Below, piece after piece: positions 50,001 to 57,281 of a stretch of DNA of 57,281 nt. The stretch's first letter is position 1; each line of letters begins with the position of its first letter. Source of the DNA: an uncultured Actinomycetes bacterium (GTDB lineage Bacteria; Actinomycetota; Actinomycetes; S36-B12; GCA-2699445). The notes under the pieces were generated by a model that worked only from the letters and a program-made list of their open reading frames with translations, was not told where the DNA came from and did no database searches. The DNA lies in contig CAZVYU010000002.1 in the NCBI GenBank assembly GCA_964631645.1, positions 1 to 57,281 on the forward strand, given 5' to 3'. The position numbers and the translations under genes were made by a program.

Positions 50001-50489
50001 TCGTTCCCGCGGCAGCGGCGGGGACGCTACCTGTGTCTTGCAGACTTCTTCCGACCGGTGTCGTCCGGAGTGAAGGACGTCATCGCGTTCCATGTCGTGA
50101 CCATGGGACAGGTCGCTTCGCAGTCCACGGCGCGGCTGTTCGAAGCCGACAACTACCGCGAGTACCTGGAGTTGCATGGCCTCAGCGTCCAACTGACCGA
50201 GGCGCTGGCCGAGTTGTGGCACGCCCGGGTCCGCGAGGAGTGGGACATGGCGGAGCAGGACGACCCCGACATGCCGACGCTGATCGCCAAGCAGGGCTAC
50301 CGCGGATCGCGCTACTCCTTCGGGTATCCGGCCTGTCCCGACGTGTCGGCCCAGGTCGACCTGGTGCGCCTGCTGCAGCCGGAGCGGATCGGGGTCAGCC
50401 TGTCCGAGGAACTGCAACTGCACCCGGAACAGTCGACCTCCGCGTTGATCGTGCACCACCCCGAGGCCAAGTACTTCAACGCGACCTGA
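47001..50489 (+). CDS. metH: Cobalamin-dependent methionine synthase
   Basis: The Hcy-binding domain includes [10 protein letters not shown], followed by a pterin-binding domain. The B12-binding motif is [11 protein letters not shown]-terminal AdoMet activation domain is present. The product is 1162 aa. Confidence 0.95.
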   Translation: MRTPILDALHDRVLVADGAMGTMLQAADLTLDDFEGHEGCNEILNVTRPDVVAGVHRAYFDVGVDCVETNTFGANWANLAEYDIVERIYELAEAGARIAREVADSYHDGRDRYVLGSVGPGTKLPSLGHTDFRTLRDAYAEETRGLIDGGADAILIETAQDLLQAKAAIIGAKRASSAAGRDVPIIAQVTVETTGTMLLGTEIGAALTALQALGIDAIGLNCATGPAEMSEHLRYLAQNSDIAITCMPNAGLPQLTSDGAFYPLTPDELADAHDRFTRDYGLNLVGGCCGTTPEHLAAVVQRVGGRPVADRMPAADAAVSSLYQAVPFDQDTTILSIGERTNANGSKAFREAMLEGRWDDCIEIARAQIADGAHLLDVCVDYVGRDGTADMSHLAGLFATASTLPLVLDSTEPAVIEAGLERLGGRSLINSVNYEDGDGPKSRFRQIMPIVKEHGAAVVGLTIDEEGQARTAATKVGIATRLITDLVDNWDMDEADIVIDTLTFPIATGQDETRRDAIETIEAIREVKRRFPRVQTTLGVSNVSFGLSPAARQVLNSVFLHECTEAGLTSAIVHASKIVPMSRIPDEQRDAALDLIYDRRQFADDGTVTFDPVQRYLEVFEGVTAVSGADRAAALAALPLDERLQRRIIDAEKNGLTDDLDEALQTRGALEIINDSLLAGMRTVGELFGSGQMQLPFVLASAEVMKSAVAHLEPHIEKTDDAGKGTIVLATVKGDVHDIGKNLVDIILTNNGYSVVNIGIKQPINAIIEAAEEHDADAVGMSGLLVKSTVIMKDNLEEMNTRGVAARWPVLLGGAALTRAYVEQDLADLYAGDVRYARDAFEGLALMDAVMAVKRGEPGAALPERRKRRVARTPESVGAAEAVEVPARSDVAEDNPVPTPPFWGTRVVRGIAMADIVTYLDERATFVGQWGLKPLKGSSQTFEDMAEEEGRPRLRMWLDRIKTDGLLEPAVVYGYFPANSDGDDLIVYDPDDHDREVARFSFPRQRRGRYLCLADFFRPVSSGVKDVIAFHVVTMGQVASQSTARLFEADNYREYLELHGLSVQLTEALAELWHARVREEWDMAEQDDPDMPTLIAKQGYRGSRYSFGYPACPDVSAQVDLVRLLQPERIGVSLSEELQLHPEQSTSALIVHHPEAKYFNAT

Positions 50490-51196
50490 TGGCTGCGATG
50501 GGTCAGACTGCGACGGTGATCCCGTTCCAGGCCTTGCTGTACGACATGGACGGCACGCTCGTGGACACCGAACCCAAATGGCAGGCCGCGGAGCGATCCC
50601 TCATGGCAGGGTTCGATGTCACCTGGACCGATGCCGATCAGGCCCACTGCCTCGGTGGGTCCACGGAGCGCGTGACCCGGTACATGGCCGACCTGGTCGC
50701 CGCGACGGGGCGGCCTCGGCCGGACCCGGCGGACCTGGCGCAGCATTTCCTCGACACGATGCGCAGTCAGTTGCTGGCGGATCCACCGGAGCCGCAGCCG
50801 GGGGTAGCCCCTCTCTTGCGGGAGGTGCGTGAGTCGGGACTGCCCACGGCACTGGTGTCGTCGTCCTCACGGCCATTGATGGACGCGGTCCTGGCGGCCA
50901 TCGGCTCGCAGTGGTTCGACGTGACCATCAGCGCCGACGACGTGGCGCGACACAAGCCCGACCCGCTGCCCTACCTGCAGGCGGCCGCCCATCTGGGGGT
51001 CGATCCTGCCTGGTGTCTGAGCATCGAGGACTCACCCACCGGGGCTGCTTCGGCGCAGTCGGCCGGGACGTATGTCGTGGCCGTGGAACACATGGCGGTG
51101 ATCGACCCGGCCCCGCGCCGCACCGTGCTGTCGACGTTGGCCGGGGTCGATCTGGCGGCGCTGTCGGACCTGTTCCAACCGCCGCCCGGCCACTGA
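50489..51196 (+). CDS. HAD-superfamily hydrolase (subfamily IA)
   Basis: Motif I is LYDMDGTLVDTE, the motif II region is LVSSS, and the distal motif is IEDSPTG. The ATG overlaps the metH stop (TGATG). Confidence 0.8.
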   Translation: MAAMGQTATVIPFQALLYDMDGTLVDTEPKWQAAERSLMAGFDVTWTDADQAHCLGGSTERVTRYMADLVAATGRPRPDPADLAQHFLDTMRSQLLADPPEPQPGVAPLLREVRESGLPTALVSSSSRPLMDAVLAAIGSQWFDVTISADDVARHKPDPLPYLQAAAHLGVDPAWCLSIEDSPTGAASAQSAGTYVVAVEHMAVIDPAPRRTVLSTLAGVDLAALSDLFQPPPGH

Positions 51197-51224
51197 TTCG
51201 TCAGGACCGCGACACCGGCGGGGC

Positions 51225-52733
51225 TCAGTGCACCAGCAGCGGGTCGGTCTCGTCCTTCACGGCGTCCGGGCCGATCCGGATGAGGGCGGCCACGATGATC
51301 GCCGCCGACACCAGCAGCGCCGCGCCGACCCAGAAGGCTGTCACGTAGCCGTGCGTCAAGGCGGCCGGCATGTCGGCCGCGCCCAGGCCCCCGTTGGCCG
51401 CCAGGTAGCCGGACGTCGCGGTCACAGCCACCGTGCTCATCAGAGCGGTGCCCAACGAGCCGCCGATCTGCTGACTGGTGTTCATGGTCGCGCTGGCGAC
51501 GCCGGCGTCCTCGTTGCCTGCGCCGTGCAACGCCACCGATGCCGTGGGGATGAACACGAAGGCCATGCCCACGCTCATCACGAGCATGGCGGGCAGCAGG
51601 TGGGTCAGATAGTCGGAGTCCGGCTGCAGTTGGGCGAGCCAGACCATTCCGGCCGCCCCCGCCACCAGCCCGGGGATCATCAGCGGTCGGGGACCGACCC
51701 GGGGGAGTAGGTTACTCGCGATCCCCGCGCCGGCGATGATTCCGAGGCTGAAGGGCAGGAAGGCGAATCCCGCTGTGACGGGCGAGTACCCGAGGATCAC
51801 CTGCATGTAGAGCCCCAGGAACAGGAACATCGCGAACATGCCCGCCCCCACGATCAGGGACGACAGGTACGCGCCCGCGCGGTTGCGTTCAAGGATGATC
51901 CGCATGGGCAGCAGTGGGTGATCACTGCGCACCTCGATGATCACGAAGGCCGTGAGCAAGGCGGCCGCAGCGACGAACCAGACCAGGGTCGACGGGTCCG
52001 TCCAGTGAGCGGAGTCCTGGACTCCCTCGGGCGCCGCCTGCGTGAAACCGTAGACGAGCGACAACAGGCCCAGCGTCACCGTGGCGGCTCCCGCGATGTC
52101 GTAGTGGCCGAGGCGATGCGCTGAGGATTCCCGCACGAAGCGCACGGCCAACAGGGCGGCGATGATGGCGATCGGCGTATTGACGGCCAGGCACCAGCGC
52201 CAGGACAGGAACTCGGTCAGCACGCCCCCGGCCAGGAGGCCGATGGCGGCGCCACCGCCCGCGATCGCTCCGAAGACCCCGAAGGCCTTGGCCCGTTCCT
52301 TGGGATCGTGGAAGGTCACCGAGATCAGGGCGAGTGCGGCCGGAGCCATCAAGGCGGCGAACGCACCTTGGGCAGCCCGCGCCCCGAACAGCAGCCCGGC
52401 GCTCGGCGCCAGTCCGCCCAGCAGTGAGGAGGCAGCGAAGCCCACCAAGCCGATGATGAACACTCGCTTGCGGCCGGCGTAGTCCGCGATGCGCCCACCG
52501 AGCAGCAGCAGGCCTCCGAACGCGAGGGTGTAAGCGGTCACGATCCACTGCACATCAGCGGGCGAGATGCCCAGATCGGCCTGTGCCGAGGGGATCGCCA
52601 GATTCACGATCGAGGCGTCGAGCACGATCATCAGTTGGGCCAGGGCGATGACGAACAGCGCCTTGAACCGCATGGGGTCCGGGTTGGTCTCCGAATACGG
52701 CGTGGTGGTGCCGACGGCAGGGGTCGAGGTCAC
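51225..52733 (-). CDS. MFS transporter, DHA2 (EmrB/QacA-like, 14 TM) family
   Basis: The product is 502 aa. Strings present are LDASIVNLAIPS and GGRIADYAGRKRVF. About 14 hydrophobic segments are visible. Confidence 0.85.
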   Translation of the reverse strand: MTSTPAVGTTTPYSETNPDPMRFKALFVIALAQLMIVLDASIVNLAIPSAQADLGISPADVQWIVTAYTLAFGGLLLLGGRIADYAGRKRVFIIGLVGFAASSLLGGLAPSAGLLFGARAAQGAFAALMAPAALALISVTFHDPKERAKAFGVFGAIAGGGAAIGLLAGGVLTEFLSWRWCLAVNTPIAIIAALLAVRFVRESSAHRLGHYDIAGAATVTLGLLSLVYGFTQAAPEGVQDSAHWTDPSTLVWFVAAAALLTAFVIIEVRSDHPLLPMRIILERNRAGAYLSSLIVGAGMFAMFLFLGLYMQVILGYSPVTAGFAFLPFSLGIIAGAGIASNLLPRVGPRPLMIPGLVAGAAGMVWLAQLQPDSDYLTHLLPAMLVMSVGMAFVFIPTASVALHGAGNEDAGVASATMNTSQQIGGSLGTALMSTVAVTATSGYLAANGGLGAADMPAALTHGYVTAFWVGAALLVSAAIIVAALIRIGPDAVKDETDPLLVH

Positions 52734-52795
52734 GAGGTCTCCTTGTTGACTGAGATGTCAGCACCGGGTGGGGGCCGGTTATTCCCGTGCAGGTG

Positions 52796-53713
52796 TCACG
52801 CTTGGGTCACCGACGCCGGATCGCCTCCGAACTCCGGGCAGAGCGCGTGAAACGAGCACCAGTCACACAGCCGCGACGGACGGGGCTGCCAGTCTCCTGA
52901 CGCCGTGGCGCGTTCGATCGCATCCCACAGTGCCTGGACCTTGGCCTGGGTGGCGCGCAGTTCGGTCTCGGTTGGATCCACGGTCAACCGTTCGGTGTTG
53001 CCCAGGTACAGCAGTTGCAGCCGGTCGGGGACCCGGCCGTACAACTGCCACAGGATCAGCCCATAGAACCGCATCTGAAACAGTGCCTTGGCCTCCCACC
53101 CCTGCCCGGGGGAGCGACCGGTCTTGTAGTCGACGACCCGGATCGCCCCATTGGGCGCCCGGTCCACCCGGTCGATGATGCCGCGCAACACCAAGCCGGA
53201 CGGCAGCTCGGTGCTGACGCTCAGTTCGCGCTCCGCCGGCTGGAGGCGGGTGGGGTCCTCGAGCGCGAAGTACTGATCCAGGAACTGCGCGGACGCCGAC
53301 AGGAACGATTCCTGGGCGGCGGGGTCCGGGTCAGTCATGGACTCTTCGGCCAGCCAGCGGTCCCACGCCCCCTCGTCACCGAACAGCAGGCCCGGCAACG
53401 ACGGTTCGCCGGCGACCAACGCCGCCCACGAGGACGGGATGAGTTCCCGGGCCGCACTCAGCGTGCGCTCCGGAGCGGGGAGGTCGAAGAGGCGCTCAAG
53501 AACGGCATGGACGAGGGTGCCCCGGGCGGCCTGGGGACCGGGCGGTTCCGGCAGGCGGTCCACCGAACGGAACCGGTACAACAGCGGACAGGTCATGAAA
53601 TCGCCGGCCCGCGAGGGCGACAGCGACGCCGCGGGTCGGTCACCCAGCCCACCGCGCAGGTCGATGACCTGCGTGCTCGTCGTCTGTGATGTCTGCGTCG
53701 CCATGTCCCACAC
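52796..53713 (-). CDS. RecB-family (PD-(D/E)XK) exonuclease with C-terminal Cys cluster
   Basis: Strings present are MTCPLLYRF, GIIDRVDR...VVDYKTG and a C-terminal CDWCSFHALCPE. Its position next to trmI and arc matches mycobacteria. Confidence 0.72.
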   Translation of the reverse strand: MWDMATQTSQTTSTQVIDLRGGLGDRPAASLSPSRAGDFMTCPLLYRFRSVDRLPEPPGPQAARGTLVHAVLERLFDLPAPERTLSAARELIPSSWAALVAGEPSLPGLLFGDEGAWDRWLAEESMTDPDPAAQESFLSASAQFLDQYFALEDPTRLQPAERELSVSTELPSGLVLRGIIDRVDRAPNGAIRVVDYKTGRSPGQGWEAKALFQMRFYGLILWQLYGRVPDRLQLLYLGNTERLTVDPTETELRATQAKVQALWDAIERATASGDWQPRPSRLCDWCSFHALCPEFGGDPASVTQA

Positions 53714-53786
53714 GCTACGTCGGTGGTCCGACAGCGGCCGTCAGCACACGCGGGCGGCGGGCACCGCGCGCCCCTACGATGGGCCG

Positions 53787-54899
53787 GTGACCACCGCCCG
53801 CCAACTCGCTGAGCCGGGGGGTGGGTGGCACTTCCGGCTGCTCGGATTCGAGATCTCGGTCCCGTGGAACGCGCTGATCGGCATCGGGGTCATCGCGGTG
53901 CTGTGGTACCCGGAGTTCGCCGCCCGTACCACGGGGATGGCACCCGTGCTGCTTGCCGTGATCTTCGCAGCACTGCTCACCGTCTCGATCCTCATCCACG
54001 AACTGGCCCACGCCTACGCCGCTCAGGCGTTCGCGTACCCGGTCGCCGGAATCACGTTGTGGGCGATGGGCGGTTTCACCACCTACCGGACCACGGCCAA
54101 GCATGGTCCGGCCCGGGAAGCTGCCATCGCCGTCGCGGGCCCGCTGGCCACGCTGGTCATCGCGGGCGCGGCCTACGCGGCTGCGGGCGCCGCGCCCCCG
54201 GGGCTGCTCCGGGTCATGCTCAGCGCGCTCGCGTCGGCCAACCTGTTGGTGGGGCTGTTCAACTTGCTGCCGGGGGCGCCGCTGGACGGCGGATCCATCG
54301 TCAAGGCCCTCGTGTGGGCCGTGACCGGCAACCCTGCGACGGGACAGATCGTGGCGGCCTGGGTGGGCCGCGGGCTGGCGGTGCTCGTGGTGATCTCGCC
54401 GTTCTGGTTGGCCTGGCAGTCCGGAACAGCACCGTCGCTGTCTTTGATCGTGGTGGCCGTGGTTCTGGCCGCCGTCCTGTGGAGTGGCGCCGGGCACTCG
54501 CTCAAGTCCGCCCGAGCGTCGAGAGTCCTCGCGGCCGTGCGGGCCGCCGATCTGGCGTTCCGGGCTGTTCCCGTCGCCGCTGACACGACGGTTGCCGCCG
54601 TCCTTCCGTTGCTCGGCCCGGACTCACTCGTGGTGGTCGTGGCCCCCGACGGCCGGCCGGTCGGGGTGGTCTCCGAGGCGGCTGCCCGAGCCGTTCCTGC
54701 CAGCGAGGCCGGCCGGGTGCCCGTCCTGACGGTCGCCGCCAGCGTCGCCCCAACGGCGCCATCGGTGCCGGAGTCGGCCACCGCTCCGGAGGTGGTGGCC
54801 GCCTGCCAGGACACCGGCTCCCGTTTCGTCTTCGTCACGGGTGCGACCGATACCCGGATCATCGACACCGACAACGCCTTCGTGACGGAGGGACCATGA
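53787..54899 (+). CDS. Site-2 protease (M50) family protein with C-terminal CBS-like region
   Basis: The zinc motif is HELAHAY, and the NLLPGAPLDGG motif is present. The protein is multi-TM. The start is GTG 53787. The track ORF 5' extension overlaps the divergent nuclease gene. Confidence 0.78.
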   Translation: MTTARQLAEPGGGWHFRLLGFEISVPWNALIGIGVIAVLWYPEFAARTTGMAPVLLAVIFAALLTVSILIHELAHAYAAQAFAYPVAGITLWAMGGFTTYRTTAKHGPAREAAIAVAGPLATLVIAGAAYAAAGAAPPGLLRVMLSALASANLLVGLFNLLPGAPLDGGSIVKALVWAVTGNPATGQIVAAWVGRGLAVLVVISPFWLAWQSGTAPSLSLIVVAVVLAAVLWSGAGHSLKSARASRVLAAVRAADLAFRAVPVAADTTVAAVLPLLGPDSLVVVVAPDGRPVGVVSEAAARAVPASEAGRVPVLTVAASVAPTAPSVPESATAPEVVAACQDTGSRFVFVTGATDTRIIDTDNAFVTEGP

Positions 54900-55834
54900 C
54901 CACCCGTCCGCTGGCCGCGGGGGACCTCGTCCAACTCACCGACGTCAAGGGGCGCCATCACACGATCACGCTGGCCGAGGGGGCGGTCTACCACACCCAC
55001 AAGGGCGCCCTGCCCCACGACGAACTCATCGGGGGGCCCGAGGGGGTGGTCGTCACCAGTAGCGGGGGGATGGCCTACCTCGCCCTGCGGCCGATCCTGG
55101 AGGACTACGTGTTGTCCATGGGTCGTGGCGCACAGATCGTCTACCCCAAGGACGCCTTCGCCATCGTCGGGCTCGCCGGATTGGCGCCCGGCAGCACCGT
55201 GGTCGAGGCCGGAGTGGGGTCAGGTGCCCTCACCTGCTTCCTGCTCACCGCCGTCGGGCCGCACGGCCGAGTCGTGTCGTACGAACTGCGACCGGAGTTC
55301 GCCGAGGTCGCCCGCCGCAATGTGAACCGCTGGTTCGATGATGTGTCCGGCTGGGAGCTGCGGCTCGGTGATGTGGCCCAACAGCGACCCGACCTGGCCG
55401 CCGACGCGATGGTCCTGGACCTGTTGGCCCCCTGGGAGTGTCTGGACGCAGCAGCCGCGACGCTGCGCCCGGGGGGACGACTGGTCGCCTACGTCGCCAC
55501 CACGACACAACTGTCCCTCCTCACCGAATCGCTGCGGGCCGACGGCCGGTGGACCGAACCTCGCGCCACGGAGTCCATGGTGCGCACGTGGCACCTGGAA
55601 GGGTTGGCGGTGCGGCCGGACCATCGCATGATCGCGCACACGGCATTCCTGCTCGTGTGCCGGCGCCTGGCCGACGGTCAGCGGGTTCCCGCCCGACGTC
55701 GTCGTCCGGCACCGGGGGCGTACGGTCCGGACTACACCGGTCCCCGTCCTCTTGCGGGTGATCCGCCCCCGGCGCAGGATGGAGCCGAACGCCGGGAGCC
55801 CGGTGGGGGAAATGTCCCACCTGTCACTGACTGA
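54896..55834 (+). CDS. trmI: tRNA (adenine58-N1)-methyltransferase TrmI
   Basis: GAQIVYPKDA and the SAM motif VVEAGVGSGALT are present. ATG 54896 overlaps the upstream stop (ATGA). The C-tail is Pro/Arg-rich. Confidence 0.85.
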   Translation: MTTRPLAAGDLVQLTDVKGRHHTITLAEGAVYHTHKGALPHDELIGGPEGVVVTSSGGMAYLALRPILEDYVLSMGRGAQIVYPKDAFAIVGLAGLAPGSTVVEAGVGSGALTCFLLTAVGPHGRVVSYELRPEFAEVARRNVNRWFDDVSGWELRLGDVAQQRPDLAADAMVLDLLAPWECLDAAAATLRPGGRLVAYVATTTQLSLLTESLRADGRWTEPRATESMVRTWHLEGLAVRPDHRMIAHTAFLLVCRRLADGQRVPARRRRPAPGAYGPDYTGPRPLAGDPPPAQDGAERREPGGGNVPPVTD

Positions 55835-55915
55835 CAGTGATGGTCGGATTGTTTTCCGTGAATGCGGAGCGTCCCGGTGTCCCGTCGGTAATGTGCGTCG
55901 CAGGAGGTGGTCGCA

Positions 55916-57281
55916 GTGGTTGACGGAATGGTCCCCCCCGAGGCCGCAGGCCCGGACGACACCGTGCTCGCCCGCCGACTCGGTGACCTGCGCCGGGAAC
56001 TGGCGGCCTGCCAGTCACAGAACCAGCGGATGGCCGCCACGTTGCGCGAGGCGCGCGACCAGATCGTCACCCTCAAGGCCGAGGTGGATCGGCTCGCCGA
56101 ACCACCGTCCGGCTATGGCGTCTTCCTCCAGGCCAATGACGACGACACCCTCGACGTCCTGGCCTCCGGCCGCAAGATGCGTGTGGTGGCCAGTCCCGCG
56201 GTCGAACTCGCCGAACTCCGGCCCGGCCAGGAACTCATGCTCAACGAGGCCCTGAACGTGGTCGGCGCCCGGGCCTACGAACGGGCCGGTGACATCGTCA
56301 TGTTCAAGGAGAAGTTGGACGACGAGCGGGCGCTGGTCATCGGCAAGACCGACGACGAACGGGTCGTGCGATTGGCCGAGCCACTGCGCGAGCAGAAACT
56401 GCGGGCGGGCGATTCGTTGTTGCTCGACAACCGCTCCGGTTTTGTTTTCGAACGGATCCCCAAGGCCGAGGTCGAGGAACTGGTCCTCGAGGAGGTGCCG
56501 GACATCGATTACGCCGACATCGGCGGTCTGGCCGGCCAGATCGAACTGATCCGCGACGCCGTCGAACTGCCCTTCCTCCATCAGGACCTGTTCGCCGAGC
56601 ACAAACTGGCCGCACCGAAGGGGATCCTGCTGTACGGGCCGCCCGGATGCGGCAAGACACTCATCGCCAAGGCGGTCGCCAACTCATTGGCGAAGAAGGT
56701 CGCCGAAGTCGAAGGGCGTGCCGATGCCCGTTCCTTCTTCTTGAACATCAAGGGCCCGGAACTGCTCAACAAGTACGTGGGCGAGACCGAACGGCACATC
56801 CGGCTGGTGTTCCAGCGCGCCCGGGAGAAGGCGTCGGAGGGGATGCCCGTCATCGTCTTCTTCGACGAGATGGACTCGTTGTTCCGGACCCGGGGCAGCG
56901 GCGTGTCCAGCGATGTGGAGAACACTATCGTGCCCCAGTTGTTGAGCGAGATCGACGGTGTCGAGGGGCTCGAGAACGTCATCGTCATCGGGGCATCGAA
57001 CCGCGAGGACATGATCGACCCGGCAATCCTGCGACCCGGCCGGCTCGACGTGAAGATCAAGATCGAACGCCCGGATGCACAGGCTGCCGCGGACATCTTC
57101 GCCAAGTACCTCACGCCGGACCTGCCCTTGAACAGTGACGATCTGGACGAGAACGGCGGGTCGGCCGAGGCCACCTGCAGTGCCATGATCCGGGCCACCG
57201 TGGAACGGATGTACTCGGAGAGCGACGATAACCGGTTCCTCGAGGTCACCTACGCCAACGGCGACAAGGAGGTCCTGTACT
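55916..57281 (+). CDS. arc: Proteasome-associated AAA ATPase ARC/Mpa (3' end outside window)
   Basis: It is not in the ORF track because there is no stop in the window. AGGAGG at 55902-55907 lies 8 nt before GTG 55916. An N-terminal coiled coil ([36 protein letters not shown]) and OB domains are present. Walker A is [14 protein letters not shown] and Walker B is IVFFDEMD. Confidence 0.92.
   Translation, partial: MVDGMVPPEAAGPDDTVLARRLGDLRRELAACQSQNQRMAATLREARDQIVTLKAEVDRLAEPPSGYGVFLQANDDDTLDVLASGRKMRVVASPAVELAELRPGQELMLNEALNVVGARAYERAGDIVMFKEKLDDERALVIGKTDDERVVRLAEPLREQKLRAGDSLLLDNRSGFVFERIPKAEVEELVLEEVPDIDYADIGGLAGQIELIRDAVELPFLHQDLFAEHKLAAPKGILLYGPPGCGKTLIAKAVANSLAKKVAEVEGRADARSFFLNIKGPELLNKYVGETERHIRLVFQRAREKASEGMPVIVFFDEMDSLFRTRGSGVSSDVENTIVPQLLSEIDGVEGLENVIVIGASNREDMIDPAILRPGRLDVKIKIERPDAQAAADIFAKYLTPDLPLNSDDLDENGGSAEATCSAMIRATVERMYSESDDNRFLEVTYANGDKEVLY

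Overview
The window is a very GC-rich stretch of actinobacterial chromosome. It is almost fully coding, with about 50 protein genes and one tRNA. No exact GC value or homology search was possible, so product calls rest on motifs I recognise in the supplied translations, frame arithmetic and gene order.

Gene order, left to right:
- ftsK (3' part), rimO, pgsA, cinA, then clgR, an F420-reductase-like gene and a PAC2 gene.
- lhr on the minus strand, then DUF3046, a LexA box, recA, recX and alkB.
- A histidine phosphatase, a CDF transporter, the fused treS-mak gene and DUF3054.
- A glycine-rich RRM RNA-binding protein, zwf, a GH15 glycosidase, trmB and a 2-hydroxyacid dehydrogenase.
- A more accessory-looking block next to tRNA-Leu(GAG): cupin, alpha/beta hydrolase, phosphoesterase, VOC, DoxX-like, DUF1269-like and APC permease genes.
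- An M20 peptidase, a membrane protein, an aldo/keto reductase, an LLM oxidoreductase and uppP.
- A lipoprotein and corA, then the histidine phosphatase, DUF3090, SCO1664-family and mshC run.
- An SDR, an amidohydrolase, a short 6PGDH and pgi.
- A CocE/NonD hydrolase, metH, a HAD hydrolase and an MFS transporter.
- A RecB-like nuclease, a site-2 protease, trmI and arc (5' part).

Many junctions are 1-4 nt start/stop overlaps (ATGA, GTGA, TGATG), which indicates operons. The synteny resembles Mycobacterium and other Actinomycetota, and mycothiol, F420 and Pup-proteasome markers are present.

I found no CRISPR array, IS element, integrase, prophage, defence island or biosynthetic cluster. The best candidate for an undescribed system is the conserved but functionally unassigned phosphatase / DUF3090 / kinase-like triad that appears cotranscribed with mshC. 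Secondary points are:
- an RRM-type glycine-rich RNA-binding protein;
- an SOS-boxed recA-recX-alkB operon with an unusual repeat-rich leader;
- a possible degraded islet at tRNA-Leu;
- several structured intergenic elements.

Most of the long ORFs in the track that run antisense to these genes are high-GC artefacts.
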